DNA from: Gammaproteobacteria bacterium
Lineage (GTDB): Bacteria; Pseudomonadota; Gammaproteobacteria; SZUA-229
NCBI GenBank assembly: GCA_036567985.1
Contig: DATCTK010000022.1
Location: 471-64,470, forward strand
Reading direction: 5' to 3'
Length of the DNA stretch: 64,000 nt
Shown here: piece after piece, positions 57,683 through 64,000 of the stretch
Numbering within the stretch: position 1 is the first letter of the stretch
How the letters are laid out: each line of letters starts with the position of its first letter
The notes under the pieces: generated by a model
What the model saw: only the letters and a program-made list of their open reading frames with translations
What the model was told of the DNA's origin: nothing
Databases searched by the model: none
Made by a program: the position numbers and the translations under genes

Positions 57683-58921
57683 TTGGCTAAACGTCGCGTT
57701 GTCGTTACCGGCTTAGGTATAGTTTCACCTGTAGGCAATGATTTAAAATCAACCTGGGAGAATATTCTTGCAGGTAAAAGCGGTGCCGCGCTGATTACGG
57801 ATTTTGATACCAGCGATCATGCGGTCAAGTTCGCCTGCACCGTTAAGGATTTTGATGCCAGCCAGTATATTCCGCTGAAAGAGCTGAAAAAAATGGATAC
57901 CTTTATCCATTACGGCATAGCGGCAGCGGATCAGGCAATTAAGGATTCCGGTATTGAAATTACCGACGCCAATGCCGAGCGCATCGGTGTGGCGGTGGGC
58001 TCCGGTATCGGTGGTCTGCCGATGATCGAGAAAAACAAGGAAGCCCTGGATAACGGCGGCCCGCGTAAAATCTCGCCCTTCCTGATTCCCGGCTCCATTA
58101 TCAATATGATCTCCGGCAACCTGTCGATTATCTACGGCATTAAAGGCCCGAATATCGCACCGGTCACCGCCTGTACCACCGGCACCCACAGTGTGGGCCT
58201 GGCGGCGCGCATGATCGCCTACGGTGATGCGGATGTAATGATTGCTGGCGGCGCAGAAAAAGCCTCATCGCCACTGGGCATGGGTGGCTTTGCTGCCGCC
58301 CGTGCACTGTCACGCAATAACGACAACCCCGAGGCGGCGAGTCGCCCCTGGGACAGGGACCGTGATGGCTTTGTGCTGGGCGACGGTGCCGGGGTGATGA
58401 TTCTGGAAGAATACGAACACGCCAAAGCCCGGGGTGCGAAAATCTACGCCGAAATGGCGGGCTTTGGTATGAGCGGTGATGCCTACCATATGACCAGCCC
58501 CTCGGAAGGTGGTGAAGGCGCAGCGCGCTGTATGGTCAATGCGATCAAGGATGCGGGTCTCAATCCGGATCAGGTGGATTTTGTGAACGCCCACGGCACC
58601 TCGACCCCGGCGGGTGATGTGGCCGAAACCGAGGCGGTAAAACGCGCCTTTGGGGATCATGCGAAAAAGCTCGCAGTGACCTCGACCAAGTCCATGACCG
58701 GTCACCTGTTAGGTGCCGCCGGTGGGGTTGAAGCGGTGTTCACGGTGATGAGCCTGTACCACCAGGTGGCCACGCCCACCATTAACCTGGATAACCAGGA
58801 CCCTGCCTGTGACCTGGATTATGTGCCCAATGTTGCACGGGACATGAAGATCGAGGTGGCGCTGTCCAACTCCTTCGGTTTTGGTGGCACTAACGGCACG
58901 GTGCTGTTCAAAAAAATCTAG
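57683..58921 (+). CDS. fabF: 3-oxoacyl-ACP synthase II
   Basis: Probable TTG start giving (M)[11 protein letters not shown]. The track ORF N-terminal 34 aa is likely non-coding. Active-site Cys region TACTTGTHS, and [13 protein letters not shown] motifs. Confidence 0.9.
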   Translation: MAKRRVVVTGLGIVSPVGNDLKSTWENILAGKSGAALITDFDTSDHAVKFACTVKDFDASQYIPLKELKKMDTFIHYGIAAADQAIKDSGIEITDANAERIGVAVGSGIGGLPMIEKNKEALDNGGPRKISPFLIPGSIINMISGNLSIIYGIKGPNIAPVTACTTGTHSVGLAARMIAYGDADVMIAGGAEKASSPLGMGGFAAARALSRNNDNPEAASRPWDRDRDGFVLGDGAGVMILEEYEHAKARGAKIYAEMAGFGMSGDAYHMTSPSEGGEGAARCMVNAIKDAGLNPDQVDFVNAHGTSTPAGDVAETEAVKRAFGDHAKKLAVTSTKSMTGHLLGAAGGVEAVFTVMSLYHQVATPTINLDNQDPACDLDYVPNVARDMKIEVALSNSFGFGGTNGTVLFKKI

Positions 58922-59050
58922 GCTACCTCACCTTGCCGATGCATATATCGGCAAGGTGGTATCTGCTGTTATGCATCTCGTATCGACAGATTGTCGCTCA
59001 AGGCTGATAGTACAGATGCAAATCCCAGACTCACTCCCGGTTGCTAATCC

Positions 59051-60499
59051 ATGGCGCAAGATCAGATAAAGCAGGCATTGATCATAAAGACGCTGACCTG
59101 TAAGGCTCTGGCCAGTGTTCCCGATCTGCTGGCTCTGCATGCCCGGCATCCCGCTCGTTATCCCCATTTACTCAGCAGTAATGCGCAGCGGATTAAGCCG
59201 CAGCAGTCATCACAAACGCAAACCCCATCTCAGTCCCATACCCCACGCTTTGATATTCTGTTCGCCTGCCCGCAGCAAACCATTCACAGTGAACAGACGG
59301 GTTTTCTCGAGCAGCTGGATGTGGCCTGGCAGGCTGAAGCGGAGCAGTTCCGCCGGGCGCAGCCGCTGAACCATGCAGATGATCCAGTATTAGCTGATTT
59401 ACCGTTTACCGGTGGCTGGTTTCTCTACCTCGGTTACGAGTTGGCACAGCAGATCGAGCCGGGCCTGCAGTTGCCAGCGGCAGAAGATGGCCTGCCGGTG
59501 GCCTTTGCCACACGTTTTCCGGCGGCGATTATAATCGATGCCCATAACGAGCAGGCCTATCTGCTGTGTGAGGCATCCTTTGCCGATTGCCTGGCGCAGA
59601 TCGAAACAGACCTGGCTGAAGCGGCAGATAGCAGCCTCTACCGCCAGCCATTCGAGATAGGCGCGATCAGCGAAGATAATGAGGCGGAGTATCTGCAACA
59701 GCTGGAGAGGCTGCATCGTTATATTGTGGATGGGGATGTGTTCCAGGTGAATCTGTCACGACGCTGGCAAACCCGGCTGAGCTCACAGGTGAATCACGCC
59801 AGCCTGTATCACCAGTTAAGCCGATCCAATCCCGGGCCGTTCAATGCGCTGATGACCCTGGGTGAACGGGCGGTGATTAGCTCATCGCCGGAGCGGTTGA
59901 TTCAGCTGAAAAACGGCTGGCTGGAGACCCGGCCAATTGCCGGCACGCGACCCCGTTCGGACGACCAGTCGGCGGACACCGCGCTGTCTACAGAGCTGAT
60001 GGCCCACCCCAAGGAACGCGCCGAGCACATTATGCTGATTGACCTGGAACGCAACGACCTGGGGCGGGTGTGTGAGCCGGGCAGCATCGAAGTGAATGAA
60101 CTGATGGTGCTGGAAAGTTATCGCCATGTGCATCACATTGTCTCCAATGTGCGCGGCCGCCCCCGTGCGGATATAACGCCGGGGCAGTTGATTGCCGCGG
60201 TGTTTCCCGGCGGTACCATCACCGGTTGCCCCAAGGTGCGCTGCATGGAGATTCTGGCAGAGCTGGAGCAGTGTGGGCGGGGTGCCTATACCGGCTCGCT
60301 GGGTTATCTAAACCACGATGGCAGTATGGATCTGAATATCCTGATCCGTAGCATCAGCCGCAATGGAGACCAGTTGCAGTTTAGAGCCGGCGGCGGCATC
60401 GTGGTAGACTCGAATCCGCACAACGAACTCAATGAAACCCGCGCCAAGGCCAGGGGCCTGTTGCATGCGTTACGGGCGGGTAATAAAAACGAATTATAA
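59051..60499 (+). CDS. pabB: Aminodeoxychorismate synthase component I (chorismate-binding, TrpE/PabB family)
   Basis: 482 aa. Chorismate-binding C-terminal domain (GTITGCPKVRCMEI...GAYTGSLGY). Followed by pabC. Confidence 0.8.
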   Translation: MAQDQIKQALIIKTLTCKALASVPDLLALHARHPARYPHLLSSNAQRIKPQQSSQTQTPSQSHTPRFDILFACPQQTIHSEQTGFLEQLDVAWQAEAEQFRRAQPLNHADDPVLADLPFTGGWFLYLGYELAQQIEPGLQLPAAEDGLPVAFATRFPAAIIIDAHNEQAYLLCEASFADCLAQIETDLAEAADSSLYRQPFEIGAISEDNEAEYLQQLERLHRYIVDGDVFQVNLSRRWQTRLSSQVNHASLYHQLSRSNPGPFNALMTLGERAVISSSPERLIQLKNGWLETRPIAGTRPRSDDQSADTALSTELMAHPKERAEHIMLIDLERNDLGRVCEPGSIEVNELMVLESYRHVHHIVSNVRGRPRADITPGQLIAAVFPGGTITGCPKVRCMEILAELEQCGRGAYTGSLGYLNHDGSMDLNILIRSISRNGDQLQFRAGGGIVVDSNPHNELNETRAKARGLLHALRAGNKNEL

Positions 60500-60524
60500 A
60501 ATTTGATCAAAAGCTGAATAAGCT

Positions 60525-61367
60525 ATGCAAAATATTTTAATCAATGGACAGGCCGCATCACAGATTGATGTGCGTGATCGTGGTTTTCAGTATGGCGACG
60601 GTGTGTTTGAAACCATTGCCTGTAAAAACGGCCAGCTAGAGTTCTGGCAGGCGCATATGCAGCGGCTTGCGGATGCCTGTGAGCGCCTGAATCTTCCCGC
60701 TGTTCCTGCGCAACAGTGGCTGGATGATATTGCCGCACTGCAGCCACAGGGTGAGGCGGTGATCAAGTTGATTCTGACGCGCGGGGTGTCCGGTCGAGGT
60801 TATGCCTATAGCGACAGCGAGCAACAGCCGCTGCGCGTGTGCGCGCTTTATCCCTGGCCGGATTACCCACCACAGAATCAGCAGGGCATCAACGCGATCA
60901 TCTGCAAAACCCCGGTATCAATGAATGCGGCACTGGCGGGCATCAAGCATTTAAACCGGCTGGATAATGTGCTGGCACGTAATGAATGGCGTGACCCGCA
61001 TATCGCAGAAGGCCTGATGCTGGACCACCAGCAGCATGTGATTGAAGGCACCATGAGCAATGTGTTCTGTGTGCTGGATGATCAACTTTATACCCCATCC
61101 CTTGATCGCTGCGGGGTGCGGGGCGTGATGCGCGAGCAGATTATACAGCTGGCACAGTCGCAGGGAATTACGCTGAATGAAATTGAAATCAGTCAGCAGA
61201 ATTTTCTGCAGATGGATGAGATATTTGTCAGTAACAGCCTGATTGGCATCTGGCCGGTAAGCCGCATTGTTGATCAGCCAGAGCGACAATACACTACCTC
61301 TATGGCGCAACAGTTACAGCGACAGCTACAGCAACTCGATGTGCACAGGGCACTTGAAGCAAACTAG
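60525..61367 (+). CDS. pabC: Aminodeoxychorismate lyase (class IV aminotransferase fold)
   Basis: 280 aa. GDGVFET start typical of PabC/IlvE-like fold-IV enzymes. Located between pabB and mltG, as in many gammaproteobacteria. Confidence 0.85.
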   Translation: MQNILINGQAASQIDVRDRGFQYGDGVFETIACKNGQLEFWQAHMQRLADACERLNLPAVPAQQWLDDIAALQPQGEAVIKLILTRGVSGRGYAYSDSEQQPLRVCALYPWPDYPPQNQQGINAIICKTPVSMNAALAGIKHLNRLDNVLARNEWRDPHIAEGLMLDHQQHVIEGTMSNVFCVLDDQLYTPSLDRCGVRGVMREQIIQLAQSQGITLNEIEISQQNFLQMDEIFVSNSLIGIWPVSRIVDQPERQYTTSMAQQLQRQLQQLDVHRALEAN

Positions 61368-61375
61368 ACGAAACC

Positions 61376-62371
61376 ATGATAAAAAAACTGATTGCACTGT
61401 TGTTTATTCTTGCCGCGGCACTGTTACTGGATGTCTATTTCTTTCTGCAGAAACCACTGGGACTGGATCAGTCCATAAGTTACGACTTCAAACCCGGTAG
61501 CAGCGTGTCGGCGCTGGCGCGTGATCTGGAAAAGCAGCAGATCATTTCCAACCGGCTGTATTTTTCCGTACTCACCCGCCTCACTGGCAGTGCAAAACAG
61601 TTAAGAGCGGGTGAATACGAACTGACGCCCGGGATGACGGTATGGCAGCTACATGAGCTGCTGAAAAAAGGCAAGGTTCGTCTGTACGCCCTGACCCTGG
61701 TGGAAGGCTTTAATTTCCGTCAGATGATGCAGGCAGTGCATGCCTCTGAATACCTTGATCACCAGTTAAAAGGACTGAGTGATCAACAGATTATGCAGAA
61801 AATCGGTTATCCGGATGAGCATCCCGAAGGCCGCTTTTTTCCCGATACCTATCATTTTCCCCGAGGTACCAGCGACATTCAGTTACTGCGCCAGGCCTAT
61901 GGGGAAATGCAGCGACGACTGGCGCAGGCCTGGCAACAACGGGATGTTGGCCTGCCGATAAAAAGTGCCTATGAGTTGCTGACACTGGCATCGATTGTGG
62001 AAAAGGAAAGTGCCGTAGCCGAAGAACGGGGCATTATTGCCGGTGTGTTTGTTAACCGCTTGCGTAAGGGCATGCGACTGCAAACCGATCCTACGGTTAT
62101 CTATGGGATCAAGGATTATGATGGGGATATTCGCTTCCGTGATTTACGCAGGGATACGCCCTATAACACCTATACCCGTCATGGTCTGCCACCCACACCG
62201 ATCGCGATGCCGGGGCAGGGTGCGCTGGATGCCGCAAGTCAGCCGGAAGATACCGATTATATTTACTTTGTTGCTACTTCGGATCAGTCCGGGCGGCATA
62301 TTTTTTCCACGACACTGGCAGAACATGAACGGGCCGTGGACATTCATCAACGTAAAATAAAGCGCAACTAA
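61376..62371 (+). CDS. mltG: Endolytic murein transglycosylase MltG (YceG)
   Basis: 331 aa. N-terminal TM, YceG-like domain. Conserved position between pabC and tmk. Confidence 0.9.
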   Translation: MIKKLIALLFILAAALLLDVYFFLQKPLGLDQSISYDFKPGSSVSALARDLEKQQIISNRLYFSVLTRLTGSAKQLRAGEYELTPGMTVWQLHELLKKGKVRLYALTLVEGFNFRQMMQAVHASEYLDHQLKGLSDQQIMQKIGYPDEHPEGRFFPDTYHFPRGTSDIQLLRQAYGEMQRRLAQAWQQRDVGLPIKSAYELLTLASIVEKESAVAEERGIIAGVFVNRLRKGMRLQTDPTVIYGIKDYDGDIRFRDLRRDTPYNTYTRHGLPPTPIAMPGQGALDAASQPEDTDYIYFVATSDQSGRHIFSTTLAEHERAVDIHQRKIKRN

Positions 62372-62441
62372 TGTCTGTGAGAAATTCTGCTATGATTCGC
62401 CGCCTGTTTATTTTTTCTGCAAGCATTGTGGGGGCAAAAAA

Positions 62442-63089
62442 ATGAGTCGGCCATTATTTATTACACTTGAAGGTTCAGAGGGCGTCGGCAAGACCTCCAA
62501 TATGCAGTTTATTCAATCATTGCTGCAACAGCAGCAGATTGATTTTATTGAAACCCGTGAGCCGGGCGGGACACCTTTAGGTGAGGCTCTGCGTGAAATG
62601 TTACTGGGTGAAGCCTTTAAAGGCATGTCATCCGACACCGAACTGATGCTGATGTTCGCCGCCCGTGCCGAACATGTGGCGCAGGTGATTAAACCGGCCC
62701 TGGCGAAAGGCCAGTGGGTGTTGTGCGACCGTTTTACTGATGCTACTTATGCCTATCAGGGCGGAGGGCGTCAACTGGATATGCAGCGCATTGCCGGGCT
62801 GGAAAACTGGGTGCTGGGGGAATTGCGACCTGACCTGACCATTCTGCTGGATGCGCCCATTGAAGTCGGTCGTGAGCGTGCAGGTAAACGCAGTGCGCCG
62901 GATCGCTTTGAGCAGGAGCGCGATGCGTTTTTTAACCGGGTCAGGGAAACCTATCTGGTCAGGGCAAAAGCCGAGCCGCAGCGCATTAAAGTGGTGGATG
63001 CCTCGCTTGAATTAGCCGCCGTGCAGGCGCAGATAAAAGAAATATTACAGCAGTATATCCAGGCTGCTTCTTCAACACCCGCGGTTTAA
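62442..63089 (+). CDS. tmk: Thymidylate kinase
   Basis: 215 aa. FITLEGSEGVGKTS P-loop, DRF motif. Confidence 0.95.
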   Translation: MSRPLFITLEGSEGVGKTSNMQFIQSLLQQQQIDFIETREPGGTPLGEALREMLLGEAFKGMSSDTELMLMFAARAEHVAQVIKPALAKGQWVLCDRFTDATYAYQGGGRQLDMQRIAGLENWVLGELRPDLTILLDAPIEVGRERAGKRSAPDRFEQERDAFFNRVRETYLVRAKAEPQRIKVVDASLELAAVQAQIKEILQQYIQAASSTPAV

Positions 63090-63238
63090 AAAAGAAAACG
63101 CAAATAAACGCAAATAAACGCAAATGTTTATATAAAACGATCCAGGTACAGTGAAATCTGCATGTGTCATTATGCTCGTTCCCACGCAGGAGCATGCGAA
63201 CCAGTCATAAAATTGCGTTTATTAGCGGACTTTTTATG
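63089..63238. repeat. Family C composite element with nested family B fragment
   Basis: Left arm AAAACGCAAATAAACGCAAATAAACGCAAATG. Centre contains TGCTCGTTCCCACGCAGGAGCATGCGAACCAG (63173-63204). Right arm AAAATTGCGTTTATTAGCGGAC. Confidence 0.8.
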
Positions 63239-63244
63239 GTCTTT

Positions 63245-63520
63245 GCCTAGGGTACCTCTGAATAATGATGACATATCTCTGGCTTACAGGTGTGTTCGCA
63301 ATCAAGGCAGTGTTTTGAAAGCAGGCTCAAGCCTGGTGAGAAACACTAACGCAGAGTGCGGACACACCTGTAAGCCCCGCAGGGCGAGGCCTGAAGCGCA
63401 CATCTACGGTGTTGTGCTTCTTATGAAGGATCGGGCCATTCACTGCGAAGCACGCCTTGTAGCTGCACGCTTCAGGTCTCGCAGAGACATATCAGCATTG
63501 TTCAGAGGTACCCTAGAGTT
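63245..63520. mobile_element. MITE-like or structured-RNA-like element with ~33-bp imperfect terminal inverted repeats and nested internal palindromes
   Basis: TIRs CTAGGGTACCTCTGAATAATGATGACATATCTCT (63247-63280) and AGAGACATATCAGCATTGTTCAGAGGTACCCTAG (63486-63518). Internal pairs CTTACAGGTGTGT/ACACACCTGTAAG and CCTGAAGCG/CGCTTCAGG. Confidence 0.5.
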
Positions 63521-64000
63521 TTATTTCAACACCGGCAATCGCATCCGCCGCGTATTCTGCCTCACATTCAACCAGGCGGCTCGCGCTTATCTTATGGCTG
63601 TTGATCAGGTACTGCTTGACCACCGAGCTGCGTAAGCCAGCCAGTTGCAGTAGCTGTTGTCGTTGCTCGGCACTGATTTCTACAGCTGGTTTGCCAGTGG
63701 CTGGTTGACTTGCTGTGTTCGCAGCCGACTGAGGCAGGTCGTTTTTATTAGTGAAGCCGCACAGGGTGAGGTGAATGCCGGGGCGTTCATTCATCACGGT
63801 GGCCAGTTTGTCCAGTTCCGCCTTGCCGGCGTCGGTGAGGCTGGCTTCAGCCGGGTTGAAGATAACCGGCTGGAATTTCAGTGCGGTGGCCAGATCAAAC
63901 AGCGATTCCGCAACAAACACCAGGCCGAACGGCGTGTAGTAATTCACAATGGCGCTGCTTACCGATTTGGACAGTGCCTTGTAGATCACCGGCTTGATAT
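63513..64000 (-). CDS. Hypothetical protein, C-terminal part only (gene continues beyond window end); possible OmpA-like C-terminal fold
   Basis: Open frame continues upstream of the listed Met to the window edge (...IKPVIYKALS). No confident family assignment. Confidence 0.4.
   Translation of the reverse strand, partial: IKPVIYKALSKSVSSAIVNYYTPFGLVFVAESLFDLATALKFQPVIFNPAEASLTDAGKAELDKLATVMNERPGIHLTLCGFTNKNDLPQSAANTASQPATGKPAVEISAEQRQQLLQLAGLRSSVVKQYLINSHKISASRLVECEAEYAADAIAGVEIKL

Overview
The window splits into two parts. Positions ~1-37309 hold a Mu-like transposable prophage with a contractile tail; its left boundary lies at or beyond position 1 and was not located. Positions 37310-64000 are a housekeeping chromosome segment of a gammaproteobacterium, rich in REP/BIME-like extragenic repeats. 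The host order is mltD, rnhA, dnaQ, msrPQ, sfsA, lolC/D, hrcA, a trHbN-reductase/nsrR module, grpE-dnaK-dnaJ, a DsrE-like gene, dapB, fabD-fabG-acpP-fabF, pabB-pabC, mltG, tmk. The prophage encodes a Ner-like regulator, DDE transposase A, B-type AAA+ transposition ATPase, DUF3164, GemA-like and Mor/C-family activator proteins. It also encodes a GH108 endolysin, TraR/DksA zinc finger, small and large terminase, DUF935 portal and MuF head-morphogenesis protein, all on the minus strand. Diverging from an XRE-family repressor, the plus strand carries the I-like protease/scaffold, major capsid, gp36/gp37/G-like proteins, sheath, tube, chaperone, tape measure, DNA-circularisation protein, baseplate genes (P, V/gp45, gp46, J/gp47, gp48) and a collar-domain tail fibre. 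The most unusual item is an AT-rich three-gene cargo operon translationally coupled to the repressor: an XRE repressor, a Cys-rich zinc-finger protein with a DUF559/Vsr-like PD-(D/E)xK nuclease domain, and a 63-aa two-TM protein. Its position and properties fit a candidate lysogen-expressed defence, superinfection-exclusion or toxin module. Other unusual phage features are two large enzyme-like proteins inside the head module (an FN3 plus beta-propeller protein, and a beta-helix fused to a gp36 head-completion domain) and a moron cluster between portal and F. There is also a candidate +1/-2 frameshift extension of the tail chaperone, and a c-to-F block that is inverted relative to canonical Mu. 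A GGGGAGAC...GTCTCCCC palindrome precedes both late operons. The right prophage end is mapped at ~37309, with three direct MuA-type repeats, inside a host repeat copy. The host part contains at least four interspersed repeat families, one built on tandem AAATGAACGC decamers. Several spurious ORFs in the supplied track are translations of these repeats. It also contains textbook sigma-32 promoters for grpE and dnaK. No rRNA, tRNA or CRISPR arrays were seen by eye. All domain assignments are from motif memory without database searches.
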